A DNA stretch of 64,000 bases, taken from contig CM119269.1 of the NCBI GenBank assembly GCA_051294375.1, positions 17,532,265 to 17,596,264 of the forward strand, written 5' to 3'. A model generated the notes under the pieces. That model saw only the letters and a program-made list of their open reading frames with translations. It was not told the DNA's origin and did not search any database. This stretch comes from Paraspadella gotoi. Its lineage: Eukaryota > Animalia > Chaetognatha. Shown here one piece after another: positions 63,806 to 64,000 of the stretch (positions within the stretch are counted from its first letter, which is position 1; each line of letters starts with the position of its first letter). A program made the translations under genes and the position numbers.

Positions 63806-64000
63806 CTAAAAGGGGGAGAGAGGGAGAGATAGAATCGAGTGATGGAGTGATGGAGAAAGAGTGAGAAAGAATCGCTGGAGATACACAGTAATTATGAACT
63901 AGTTAATTATTGCTCCAGAAGATGATGAATAATTTGGTTTATTGCGAGAATGTTCCTACATGGGAATATACGAGAAAATGAAGGAATAGAAAAGAAATTG

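Overview
Gene-dense, intron-rich eukaryotic DNA, very probably an animal. The short introns, CpG-rich exons and gene set would fit an invertebrate or non-bilaterian such as a sponge, but that is inference. All gene models were spliced by hand from the sequence. In order: TRPC channel (-, 3' end off-window); pseudouridine glycosidase-kinase fusion psuG-psuK (-), whose last intron hides a complete antisense secreted pentraxin gene; FAM76 (-); a four-exon Ly6/Quiver-type three-finger gene (-), whose 10.9-kb second intron appears to contain two whole IMP-producing purine genes, ATIC/purH (+) and AMP deaminase (-); a MYCBP-like gene (+); PP1 inhibitor-2 (-), head-to-head with SPEF1 (+); an F-box/LRR gene (+); a LOXHD1-like multi-PLAT gene (+); and an LRR-transmembrane gene (-, 5' end off-window). 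Microsatellites are abundant. Several exons in the right half carry single-base indels that look like consensus errors. No rRNA, tRNA, CRISPR array or transposase was recognised.
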